Shown here: positions 21,481 to 31,483 of the stretch, piece by piece
Layout: every line of letters begins with the position of its first letter
Numbering within the stretch: position 1 is the first letter of the stretch
Assembly: GCA_963767545.1 (NCBI GenBank)
Contig: CAVYEV010000018.1
Span: forward strand, 84,142-148,141
DNA: 64,000 nucleotides
Source: Terriglobia bacterium
Lineage (GTDB): Bacteria; Acidobacteriota; Terriglobia; Bryobacterales; Bryobacteraceae
Reading direction: 5' to 3'
The notes under the pieces: generated by a model
Told to the model about the DNA's origin: nothing
The model's input: the letters and a program-made list of their open reading frames with translations, nothing else
Database searches by the model: none
Program-made: the position numbers and the translations under genes

Positions 21481-21590
21481 CTACGCCGAAACCACCTTCT
21501 CGGAAGCCATCTTGAACTTCTTCATGTCATCCTGAGTTCCGAACGTCACCCGGACCTTCGTCGGCCATACCGGCCACACGCGGCCGACCT
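21481..21590 (-). pseudogene. C-terminal relic of a class I/II (histidinol-phosphate-like) aminotransferase
   Basis: Reverse frame reads VWPVWPTKVRVTFGTQDDMKKFKMASEKVVSA-stop. That is the typical aminotransferase C-terminal strand-helix, and there is no upstream body. Confidence 0.3.
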
Positions 21591-21601
21591 TAGCTCGGTC
21601 C

Positions 21602-22189
21602 TTACGAACTGCCGCGATCTTGATCCCCACTGAGCACGCCGTACAACCACGCTTTGGCACTCTTCCAATCGCGCTTTACACGCACGGGCGTGATTCCGAG
21701 GACCTCCGCTGTCTCCTCAACGCTCAATCCGCCGAAATAACGCAGCTCCACCACGCGGACTTTTCGGGGATCGATCTGGGCCAGCGACTCGAGTGCCTCA
21801 TTCAGTGCTAGTATTTCGATGCCCCCCGCCTGCGCCCCGAGCAGCGCCTCATCGAGCGGCACGCGCTCCGCCTGACCGCCGCGTTTGGCATAACCGCGGG
21901 CGCGCGCATGGTCCACTAATATTCGCCGGATAATCTGCGAGCAGATCGCGAGAAAGTGTACCCGGTTTTCACAGCGAATGCCACCCGCTCGAATCAGCTT
22001 GAGGTAGGCCTCATTGGCGACTGCGGCCGACTCCAGGGTGTGGCCGCCTTGCCGTCGCCCCAGGTGTTGCCGGGCGATACGCCGCAGCTCAGGGTACACG
22101 GAAGACACTAAGCCCGGAAGCGCCTGTTCATCGCCATTGCTCCAGGCCGCGATCAATGCGCTAATGTCCCGTAAACTCTGACCGGCCAT
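21602..22189 (-). CDS. ECF-type RNA polymerase sigma factor (TIGR02999-like), paralog of 11385..12002
   Basis: ALIAAWSNGDEQALPGLVSSVYPELRRIARQHL, TLESAAVANEAYLKL, ENRVHFLAICSQIIRRILVDHAR and ELRYFGGLSVEETAEVLGI. Confidence 0.85.
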   Translation of the reverse strand: MAGQSLRDISALIAAWSNGDEQALPGLVSSVYPELRRIARQHLGRRQGGHTLESAAVANEAYLKLIRAGGIRCENRVHFLAICSQIIRRILVDHARARGYAKRGGQAERVPLDEALLGAQAGGIEILALNEALESLAQIDPRKVRVVELRYFGGLSVEETAEVLGITPVRVKRDWKSAKAWLYGVLSGDQDRGSS

Positions 22190-22276
22190 GCTTGCGCGAT
22201 CTTACCAAAAAAATATTTCGCGCTGGGTGTACTTTTCGCAGCCCATTCCCGGAATAAAGGCAGGAGGTATTTCAGC

Positions 22277-22829
22277 ATGACACAGGTTTTCAAATCGTTA
22301 TTGATCATTTTTATCGGCGCGGGCTCTCTTGTCCTGGCACCCTTGGCGGCGTGGGGCGAGGACGGTATGCCCTTCCAGGGAACTATCGCGGTGACGGCCA
22401 CCGCAAGCCCGAATACGGGAAATCCGTCAGCCGTATATTGCGGGGGTGCGCCTCTGATGTTAGTGGCGGAGGGCCACGGCAATGGCCAAACATCGCTCGG
22501 TCCTCTTAACTTTTTCCTCCAGAAGACGCTTAACTTGCCTGGGCTCATGCACGGCTGTGTCATCTTGACTGCCCCGAACGGAGACGAATTGAAAGCCACA
22601 TACGATGGCACGGAAAGCGTCCCCAACGCGAATGGCTTTATAACCGCTACCGGCACGCTGACGTTCACCGGGGGAACCGGCAGATTCCAGAACGCCAGTG
22701 GGAAAGGCGAACTTTTTTGCAGCCTTCATCGGCATCTACCCTATGATCGTCGGAGGAACAACATCGCCACTAATCGTATCCGCTTTTTATACATTCGACG
22801 GGCGTGTGGTGCTCCGCGGCGACGATTGA
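22277..22829 (+). CDS. small secreted protein (1 frameshift in a T6 run near 22712)
   Basis: AGGAGG ribosome-binding site and signal peptide MTQVFKSLLIIFIGAGSLVLAPLAAWG. The C-terminus FFAAFIGIYPMIVGGTTSPLIVSAFYTFDGRVVLRGDD-stop is in another frame. Confidence 0.45.
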
Positions 22830-22870
22830 ATCGGATATTGCAAAAAAGATCACAAGAGAAGGAACTGTTT

Positions 22871-23352
22871 ATGAAATCAAAAAACTCGACCACAATTATT
22901 TCCGCGGCCACAATCTTGGCTGCAGGCGTTGCAGCATTGGCTGTGTTACTGAGCACAGGGAGTGGCCCCAGTTTCGGCACAAAACGGTCGGAATGGAGTT
23001 CTTCATGTGCAGAAGGATTGCAAAGATTACGATCAAACCGCAGGTGGGCATTGCACGATCGCGGCCTCCAACCTCGGAGAGATCCCGGTGCCGTCAAACG
23101 TCTACTACACCCAAGCGGCGGGAATTGTCACGGGCATGCTGGATAGTAACGTCGTCCTCGATGCAGGTAGCGGCAGCAGAGCTATCGGCCATTGCACGCT
23201 CGATTTCTCGACCGGTACTCGGACTGTGCACGTTTTCGGATGGGACCGGGTTGCTCGCCGGGTTCACTGCCCGTGTCGACGTCTCGTATATAAGCGGGAC
23301 CCTATGGGCGTGGGACGGGACGTACAGCTTTAAACCGCTGCCCGTTAGATAG
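22871..23352 (+). pseudogene. small secreted protein (2 frameshifts)
   Basis: MKSKNSTTIISAATILAAGVAALAVLL signal/anchor. It continues through ORFs 22962..23333 and 22804..23352 (HCTIAASNLGEIPV, GHCTLDFSTGT, GTLWAWDGTYSFKPLPVR). Confidence 0.4.
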
Positions 23353-23366
23353 CGAAGCCAGATATA

Positions 23367-26300
23367 TTACTTTACCGGACCGAGATACCGGTCGAACCAA
23401 TCGAGCGTCTCCTTGATGTTGATCATTATCTGACCATTGGGCGGGACGTGGCCTCCATCCCATAGGATCAGCCGCTTATCCCTTTCAGGAGCGCCCAGCA
23501 ACCGAAACATCGGACCTGCATGATGTTTGGAGCGGAAAAATGAAATCGAGCCGGCCGCCGATCATCAGCGTAGGAACCTTGAAGCGGGAAAGAAAGTTGA
23601 TTGGATCGGCTTCGGGCAACTGGTGCCGGTCGAAAGATAAACCAGAATTTTGAATCACGGCCGCTTTCAGGCGTCGTTCACCCACGGCGAGCACTGGAAT
23701 AACAGCACCACGGCTGAAACCAAGGACGCCAAGCCGGTCGCGATCCACATCCGCGCGGCTGACCAGATAATCGATTGAGCGGCGGAAATCTTTGGATTCG
23801 AGAATCAGCCGGTCGCGCGCCGCGTTGGGGCCGGCGGGTGGGTTAGCATACCGGCGTTGGTAGTGGCCCTTTAGAATCGGCAGCAGGAACGCCCGCCCGC
23901 TCTTGACAATGAAGTCAAACCAATGTTCCTCGACGGGCGTTAGCGACGGTACTTGCAGCGCCAGACTGGGCGCGGCATACAGGATCGTCTGATATGGAGG
24001 GGTTTTATGCTTCGGTATATATAAATAGCCGGGGATCCGCTCGTTTCCGTAGGCAGCGGCAAAAGAGATCTTCTCTCGCTTCCAGTAAGCATTCTCCTCG
24101 TCGATACCTTCGACACGCGAATCGAGCGCGGAAGGATCATACGCATAGAGGCTCCGATAAAGCCGGAACACTTCGTCCGGTACCGGTTTTTCTTTGTTGT
24201 AATCGCGAGTGGGCTTGGTAACCGGCGCCTGGAGCCCGGATTCCGCCCCCGCGTCGTAACGCACACAGCGGATACCATTCTGGGCGGAGCGATCCCAGGG
24301 AAGGCGAGCATCAAGCGCGGCGAACATGTACGCCGGCTCATTCCATGCGCCGCCACGGATAAAGCGTTGGCCACCGATCTCGTTCCAGCACCACTCTTTC
24401 ACGTTGCCGGCCATGTCCAGGGTGCCAAAAGCGCCCAAGCCTTTGTAAGCCCCGGCGCGCGCTGGACCGGAGCCGCCGAAATTGCTCACCTCCGCTACGT
24501 CCACGAAGAAGCCGGGACTCGCTGCCCGCTGCCAGTGGTAAATGGTTGGCAATTGTTTTCCTGCGAATTCCGCGTAAGCCGCGGCTTCATACCAACTCAC
24601 GCCGTTCACCGGATAATCGTCGTGGCCCTGCGGATAGTCGCCCAGTTCCCATGTGGAAGGACCCGGCCGGCCTGTGGTATCGCGACACAACTGCATAGCC
24701 TCGTCCCAGGAGATTCTGCGCCCGTTTTGGACGAAGTCCTGCTTCCAGTAATCCCGCTTCTGATATCCTCCGCGGTCAATGAACTGCTTGAACTGGCGGT
24801 TAGTTACTTCGTAGCGATCGATCAGGAACGTACCGAGCCTCGCGTCCAGGCCGTAAATACTGATAGCGCCGCCAGGCACGCGCACCATATCGGACGGGAT
24901 GCTGCCTACTGCATCCAGGATGAATTCCAGAGGAGGTCCGGGGAGTTCCCCGGCGCCCAGGATGGTTTGGAATCCGGGTTTCACGATGCGAAAACAGTAG
25001 TAGCCGATGGGCAGTTCGTTGGCCGTGAACGGCGTCTTTCCGAGACGCAGCCAGTCGTCATCCCCCGTGCCATACTCGGCCGCCCACACCTCAGCTCCTG
25101 GCGGATCGGTGTTGAAGGAGATGGGAAAGGATATATCGTGATGAATTTGTTTCAGCGTAGGATCGTTGGGAACAATGGCTTCGGCGCGGCGCAGGAGGCG
25201 GAAAACATCCTTCATCTGATTGGCATCCCTCAATCGGGAGATCTCCGGAATCGCCTGCTCTCTCACCCAGCGGGCACGAGAATTGTACTGATAGAGTCGT
25301 ACGCCCAAAGACCCGAGCAGTAGTAGAATCGCGGTTGCCGGGATCGCGAATCTGGGCCGGCGTGCCTGGATGGCCGCGGATCTCCAGCGGCTCCCGCTCT
25401 GTACCTTCTCAATCGCAGTGCGAGCGTCCGTGATACTGTTCAGCCGACGGTTCGCATCTTTTTGAAGACAATGCCGCAACAGTTCGCGAATCTTCGCCGG
25501 GGTTGCGGCGGGCAGAGGCTGCCAGTCCGGCTCATGTTCCAGCACCGCCGCAATGGTGTCCGGGATGGTCTCACCCTCGAACGCGCGTGTTCCGGTGAGC
25601 AGCTCGTACACTAAGCATCCGAACGCCCAGATGTCAGCTCGATCGTCGACGTCTTTTCCGCGCACCTGCTCGGGACTCATGTAGCTCGGCGTGCCGGCAA
25701 TGTGTCCGGCGAGAGTATCTATACTCGTCAGGGTCGCGGATTGCGAGAGATCCTGGTTTCGCTCTGGCCCCCAGATCGCTTTCGCGAGGCCGAAGTCCAG
25801 GACTTTCACTCTGCCTTGAGGCGTGACTTTGACGTTGGCCGGCTTCAGATCGCGGTGAATGATTCCTTTGGCGTGCGCTGCCTCCAGCGCCTCTGCGACC
25901 TGACGGGCGTAATCGAGCGCCCGCTCGACTGGCAGCGGCCCGCGGAGGGACTCCCCCTCGACCAGTTCCAGCACCAGGCAATCCAGATCGCCGGCCTGCT
26001 CCAGCCCGTAAATCGCGGCAATGTTGGGATGGTTTAGCGAAGCCAGCGTGCGCGCCTCGCGACGGAAGCGCGCCAGACGCTCAGGGTCGCGGGCGAACTC
26101 AGAGGGCAAGGTCTTGATGGCGACGTCGCGGTCGAGCTTGCTGTCGTGTGCGCGATATACTTCGCCCATGCCGCCGGCGCCGAGCGGAGATACGATTCGA
26201 TAAGGTCCGAATTGCCGGCCTGGAGGAATCGCCGTGGTGTAAACCATTGCAGGTGTCTCGAGGAAACTCCCGGCGTCTTCCGCCTTTGCCAACAGCAGTT

Positions 26301-26427
26301 CGACTTGATGCCGCATGTCGGCGTCTGCGCCGCATGCAACGCCGAGGAATGCCCTCCGCTCCTCAGGCTCTTGCTCCAGAGCCGAGTGGAAGAGCCCCAA
26401 TACTCTCCGCCGGCGTTGCTGGTCCAT
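23367..26427 (-). CDS. Ser/Thr protein kinase fused to FGE-sulfatase (SUMF1-like) and alpha/beta-hydrolase domains (1 frameshift near 23520)
   Basis: Kinase motifs GAGGMGEVYRA, VAIKTL, HRDLKPANV, DFGLAK and SPEQ, then a TM helix. FGE-like RVPGG..IDRYEVTNRQF..GVSWYEAAAYAEFAGKQLPT..RGGAW follows. The C-terminal hydrolase (GFSRGA) ends DWFDRYLGPVK-stop at 23367 in another frame. Confidence 0.75.
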
Positions 26428-26514
26428 GGCAATGACGTCCTTGCTGTCTCACAATGTTACTGCATTTGCAGCGCTCTGTGATTAACTTATCGCCATGAAA
26501 CCATCTGCCTCCTA

Positions 26515-27012
26515 ATGGCTGCCCTGCTGACCCCGTACGAAGCTCGTGCCGCGAGCGCAAAATCAACCGATCTCCGAGTGTTTGAACCGGCGCAGATACA
26601 AGCCGTCTACCGCGTGCTGCTCGATCGTGACGCTCTCCTACTCGAGTCGATCCTCGACGTTACCAAACAGAAAGGACATTCAGGAGGGATATGTCATGGC
26701 GACCTCCGGGTCGGTGCGGGAGTGTACCTATCACTAAGTAACCACCACCGATCTTATTGCCAATAACGCCTACAAGACTGTCAAAAGTCCATTTGAGATT
26801 CTCAATGCGGGCGGAATTATCGCCGATGGAGAGCCACATATCCACGTCTCGCTCTCAAGCCCGAAAATAGCGTTCGGCGGTCATTTGGGAAAGGCTGCTG
26901 GGAAACGCTGCAACATCCTCTGCCTCGCGAAGTGACGATTATCAAATATAGCGGGGCGCCGCTGACGCGGAAGAACAACGATAACGGAATCTCCCTTCCG
27001 CAGGTGAAGTAG
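26515..27012 (+). pseudogene. PPC/DUF296 domain protein, several frameshifts
   Basis: Fragments RVLLDRDALLLESILDVTKQKG, SPFEILNAGGIIADGEPHIHVSLSSPKIAFGGHLGK and EVTIIKY are colinear with DUF296 but lie in three frames. Confidence 0.4.
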
Positions 27013-27101
27013 CGGGATCAAATTCTGCCGAAGTATATCGTTTTGTGTCAATCACCATCCTCCGCGGCGTCACTCTATGGTGAAGCCAGCCTCGGAGTAT
27101 C

Positions 27102-27545
27102 TTACTTCGCGTTGACTTTTACGACCGCGTAAGTTATCTCTGTTCCAGGGTCGAGCAGCATCTGGTGAGGCACGCCCGCCGGTATCGTGAGAAAATCGCC
27201 CACGCCGAGCTTGCGCTTCTGACCGCCGCTAATCGACGCGCCACGAATCTCGTGCGGCTGGGTCACATGTTGCCCGGGAATCGTTCCGCCGGTCACCAGA
27301 GTGCAGCCGCCGCCAATTACGTAGAAGATGTCGCTCTTCGTTTGATGCAGTTCAGCCTGGCCGCTCGCGTTGCGATGAGCTACCGACATCTGGTAATTCG
27401 CGAAAACCGCGAGCGATTCGGTGCCGATCTTTTCATTCTTCGCCGCCATTTTCTTCTCGAGAGCCTGCAGTTCCGAGCTTGTCCAGATCTTCGTACCATC
27501 CGCTGCGAACGCGGTCGCGGCTACCAGTAACAGGACCGTACGCAT
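27102..27545 (-). CDS. cupin domain protein, secreted
   Basis: Signal peptide MRTVLLLVAATAFA. HQTKSDIFYVIGGGCTLVTGG and FLTIPAGVPHQM are cupin motifs 1 and 2. Confidence 0.65.
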   Translation of the reverse strand: MRTVLLLVAATAFAADGTKIWTSSELQALEKKMAAKNEKIGTESLAVFANYQMSVAHRNASGQAELHQTKSDIFYVIGGGCTLVTGGTIPGQHVTQPHEIRGASISGGQKRKLGVGDFLTIPAGVPHQMLLDPGTEITYAVVKVNAK

Positions 27546-28703
27546 TACAAATTCCCAGTGAGCTTCGGAATTCGTTCAGCCGCCGCAGGTAGTGGCGGGA
27601 AGTCGGTGTATGGCTGGTTCTGATACCAATAACAGACGGAGAAAAAATTGTCTGCGCGGTCGTTGGCGTGGCCGTGTTCCATAGTGTGTTTGAGGTACTT
27701 TGTGAAAGTCACCGGATTGTCGCCGTGCCAGCGATAGAGGCAGTAGCGGCCGCCCGTTTTTTCGGCATCCACGATCAACGGAGCGCCGTTGTAAAGATGC
27801 GCGAACGGGGTCGCGCCTTTTGCGCCCCCGAAATCCCACGCCCCGTTGATGTAGTCTTCCGAACCGGTGCCTGTGATCGCGGGCTTGGTCTCATCGTCGA
27901 TAAAGATCATATCGTCGCCTTCCCCCATCCAGCGATCGGAATTTTGCAGTACGCCGAGCGTGATGCCCATCAGGTGTCCTCGGCCACGTGTCTCGACGTA
28001 CACGTAATTATTTTTGCCATCCAGATTCAGCTTGGGCGATCCCGTCGGGATATTGCACTGCTACGTTGGGTGTTGCCTGGCGGTACTGAGCGTGGAAATA
28101 GACGGCGTCGGCTGGCAAAGAGGGCACCAGTTGGTAGTCGATATTGGAATAGAATGCCCCGACCTTTTTGTCGCTCTCATTGGTCGCGGTGAGGCGCGCG
28201 GACTTACGGAACGGCATCGCGAAATAACAGTTCAGCGCCTTCACCGAAGAACAGTTAAGAAACGCCGACTGGTAGACGAAATAAGTCCCGAGATTGAGTC
28301 CGAAAAAATCCCCGACGGGAACTTCGATGCTCGGCTTGTCGTTGCCGTCCCAATAGGCGCGGATGACGATGTCTTTCAGATGCGTTGGACTGTCCGCCGC
28401 AATGGTGAACCAGATGTGCGTAATCACGCCCGGGCCGGCGGAGTTGAACAGCTCGTGAGTCCCTCCGGGCGGGATCGGCCAGCGATCGGCATTGCCCCCG
28501 GTGCGATCGTAACTCGATTGTTTCAACGATTTGTAATTCTGCTGCCGCGCGTACCAGGGGAGCGCACCGGCGGGAGCGCCGGGAGCTGTCTGGCCTTTCG
28601 CCTGGGAAGTGCCCCCCTGCGAAGCCGCCGCGGCGGATAGCCCGGCCACGCCGATCAATCGCTGCAGGAAACCGCGTCGTGGAGGAGTCATTTGTTCAGC
28701 CAT
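27545..28703 (-). CDS. DUF2961 (GH172-like) protein with Tat-type signal (1 frameshift near 28040)
   Basis: RRGFLQRLIGVAGLSAAAA, SSYDRTGGNADRW, GVITHIWFT, PVGDFFG, GEGDDMIFIDDE and GTGSEDY. ORFs 28008..28703 and 27545..28003 are colinear. Confidence 0.7.
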
Positions 28704-29068
28704 TATTTCACCTCGATAACCAGCGTTCTGTAGGGCTTGTTACCCATGTTCGTCAGCACAGGCGCGTCTTCGCCCTTGTTATGCCAGATCACGTCACCGG
28801 ATTTATGCTCGCGGATCTCTTTCGCTCCGGTCTGCGAATCGAGCCGTTGATACCGGCAGTCGTCGAGAAAGACAATCACCTGGTCGGTCGGACGCGTGTA
28901 GCGCGGACGCGGCTGGTTGGGCTCATAGTCAATCTCCGAGACCCGGACGCGAGCGTTCTCCAGCTTCGCCGCGCCCGGCGAATGAGCTTGCGGCGCCCAT
29001 CCCAGGGCGCACAGAGTCAAGGCCGTCAGAGCCGTGGAGACGGCCGCGGTACAGATCAGTGTTCGCAT
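28703..29068 (-). CDS. small secreted protein (121 aa, possibly cupin-like)
   Basis: Signal peptide. Its stop overlaps the DUF2961 start by 1 nt. Confidence 0.4.
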   Translation of the reverse strand: MRTLICTAAVSTALTALTLCALGWAPQAHSPGAAKLENARVRVSEIDYEPNQPRPRYTRPTDQVIVFLDDCRYQRLDSQTGAKEIREHKSGDVIWHNKGEDAPVLTNMGNKPYRTLVIEVK

Positions 29069-29175
29069 TTTGTCACCTCATTATCCGCGACTTCAAACGT
29101 ATCATATGCCTTTTGTTGGCTCAGCAGATCTTTTCTGTTGCCATACGGCTGTTCTTGTCGGACAATGGCCTTGCC

Positions 29176-30429
29176 ATGAGAGTCACAGTTCTAGGAGTAG
29201 TCCTCGCCGGAGGGAAAGGGACGCGCCTCTACCCTCTAACCAAAGAACGTGCCAAGCCCGCCGTTCCGTTTGGGGGGAAGTATCGCATCATCGACTTCGT
29301 CCTCAGTAACTTCATTAACTCCGGGATTTACTCGTTGTATGTTCTGACGCAGTTCAGAAGCCAGTCGCTGCTCCAGCATCTGAACGAAGGCTGGCAGTTC
29401 GGCAACATGTTGCGGCACCAATTTATCATCCCGGTGCCCGCGCAGATGCGGTCGCCGGGCGAAACCTGGTATCAGGGGACGGCGGACGCCATCTATCAGA
29501 ACATCAATCTGCTGGAGCAGGCCAAGCCGGATGTAGTGGCCATTTTTGGCGCGGACCACATTTACCGTATGAATATCTCCAGCATGATCGAGTTTCATGA
29601 GGGGAAGAAGGCGGCAGCGACGGTCGCCGCAATTCCGGTAGAGAAGAAACTGGCTCGCGAATTTGGCGTCATCGAAACGGACGAATTCGGCAGGATTGTA
29701 GCGTTCCACGAAAAGAAGGCCGATGCTCCCACGATCCCCGGAGACGATTCCCGAGTATTCGCTTCTATGGGAAACTATATCTTTTCGAGGGATGTTTTGC
29801 TGAGGGAGTTGGCGGACGATGCTGCGAACGAGGAGAGTTCCCACGATTTCGGCCGGGACATCCTTCCCTCCCTTGTTCAACGGGAAGCGGTGTACGCCTA
29901 CGATTTTAAGACGAATAAGATTCCCGGTGAGCCTCCGGACGATGGCTCTTACTGGCGCGACGTCGGAACCATCGAAGCTTACTACGAGGCCAACATGGAT
30001 CTGCGGGCCGTCAAACCGGCTCTGAATCTATACAATCGCCAATGGCCGCTCAGAACGAGCGGCTTCCCCGATCCTCCAGCGAAATTCACGTTTGACGAGG
30101 AGAATCGCCGGGGCTCGGCAATCGATTCCATCGTGTCCGGCGGCTGCATTTTATCCGGCGGCACGGTCAAGAACTCGGTGCTTGCGCGCGGTGTGCGGAT
30201 TCACGCTGGAGCGACTGTGGAGGACTCGATCATTCTGGATAACTGCGATATCGGCCGGAGGGCGCACGTCAAGCGGGCGATTCTGGATAAGAATGTCCGA
30301 ATTCCACCGGGTACGCGAATCGGTTTCGATCCCGCGGAAGATGGTAAACGTTACCACGTGACCGAGACCGGAATCGTGGTGGTGGAGGGCAATCGCTCGC
30401 CGGTAGAAGTTGCCGGCATCAACGTGTGA
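29176..30429 (+). CDS. glgC: glucose-1-phosphate adenylyltransferase
   Basis: ATG 29176. VLAGGKGTRLYPLTKERAKPAVPFGGKYRIIDFVLSNFINSGI, WYQGTADA and FWRDVGTIEAYYEANMDL are classic GlgC motifs. Confidence 0.9.
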   Translation: MRVTVLGVVLAGGKGTRLYPLTKERAKPAVPFGGKYRIIDFVLSNFINSGIYSLYVLTQFRSQSLLQHLNEGWQFGNMLRHQFIIPVPAQMRSPGETWYQGTADAIYQNINLLEQAKPDVVAIFGADHIYRMNISSMIEFHEGKKAAATVAAIPVEKKLAREFGVIETDEFGRIVAFHEKKADAPTIPGDDSRVFASMGNYIFSRDVLLRELADDAANEESSHDFGRDILPSLVQREAVYAYDFKTNKIPGEPPDDGSYWRDVGTIEAYYEANMDLRAVKPALNLYNRQWPLRTSGFPDPPAKFTFDEENRRGSAIDSIVSGGCILSGGTVKNSVLARGVRIHAGATVEDSIILDNCDIGRRAHVKRAILDKNVRIPPGTRIGFDPAEDGKRYHVTETGIVVVEGNRSPVEVAGINV

Positions 30430-30439
30430 CACTGAAGAC

Positions 30440-30958
30440 ATGGCCACCGCGACTCTCATGGCCGTTGCAGAGTACCTGGCGAAAACGTGGCGTCCCGACC
30501 GCGAATATATTGATGGCGAGGTACGTGAACGGAATTTGGGCGAATTTGGACATGCGAATCTTCAATCGGCTTTAGACACCTGGCTGCGCAGCCGTCGGCG
30601 CAAATGGAACGTCCGGGTCGTTGTTGAGCAGCGAGTTCAGGTCTCCGCGACGCATTTCCGCGTTCCCGATGTAGCGGTTCTTTCAGCGGATCGCCCGATC
30701 GAGCAGATCATCACGCATCCGCCTTTGATTTGCATCGAGATCCTTTCGAGTGACGACACGCTGCGCAGCATGCGCGAGCGCGTGGCGGACTATCTCGCAA
30801 TGGGCGTGCCCGATATCTGGGTATTCGATCCCGAACGGCGCGAGGTTTGGACCTGGACGGATAACGCGATGACCAAGGTATCCGGCGACTTTGTAACGGC
30901 ATCCGGAAGTGAGGTCTCCATTCCGCTCGATGAGATCTGGGCAGACCTCGACGTGTAA
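30440..30958 (+). CDS. Uma2 (DUF820) family endonuclease
   Basis: YLAKTWRPDREYIDGEV, FRVPDVAV, PLICIEILSSDD and VPDIWVFDP follow the Uma2 PD-(D/E)XK pattern. Confidence 0.75.
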   Translation: MATATLMAVAEYLAKTWRPDREYIDGEVRERNLGEFGHANLQSALDTWLRSRRRKWNVRVVVEQRVQVSATHFRVPDVAVLSADRPIEQIITHPPLICIEILSSDDTLRSMRERVADYLAMGVPDIWVFDPERREVWTWTDNAMTKVSGDFVTASGSEVSIPLDEIWADLDV

Positions 30959-30967
30959 ACTGAGGAT

Positions 30968-31483
30968 ATGGCCACCGCAACCCTCACGCCGGTTGAAGAG
31001 TACCTGGCAACAACGTGGCGACCCGACAGAGAATATATCGACGGCGAGGTGTGTGAGCGGAATTTGGGCAAGTTTGATCATGCAAATCTTCAGACGGTGC
31101 TTGCCGTATGGCTCCATCACCGCCGGCGCAATTGGAACGTCCGCGTAGTTGTCGAGCAACGGATTCGGGTATCCGCGACGCATTTCCGCATCCCCGACGT
31201 GTCGGTCCTGTCAGCGGATCGCCCGATCGAGCAGATCATCACGCATCCGCCATTGATTTGCATCGAGATCCTTTCGAGTGACGACACGCTACGCAGCATG
31301 CGCGACCGCGTCGCGGACTACCTCGAAATGGGCGTCCCGAACATCTGGCTGTTCGATCCGGAACGGCGCGAAGTTTGGACATGGACGTACAGCGCCATGA
31401 CCAAAGTATCCGGTACCGTCTTGACAGCTTCCGAAACCGAAATCTCCCTTCCACTAGACGAGATCTGGGCAGATCTCGGATAG
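30968..31483 (+). CDS. Uma2 (DUF820) family endonuclease, tandem paralog
   Basis: About 80% identical by eye to the preceding product, and starts 9 nt after its stop. Confidence 0.75.
   Translation: MATATLTPVEEYLATTWRPDREYIDGEVCERNLGKFDHANLQTVLAVWLHHRRRNWNVRVVVEQRIRVSATHFRIPDVSVLSADRPIEQIITHPPLICIEILSSDDTLRSMRDRVADYLEMGVPNIWLFDPERREVWTWTYSAMTKVSGTVLTASETEISLPLDEIWADLG

Larger units (their letters stand above)
30440..31483 (+). repeat. tandem direct duplication (unit about 528 bp) comprising two Uma2 genes
   Basis: Long identical nucleotide stretches occur in both copies, for example GATCGCCCGATCGAGCAGATCATCACGCATCCGCC.TTGATTTGCATCGAGATCCTTTCGAGTGACGACACGCT. Confidence 0.8.
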
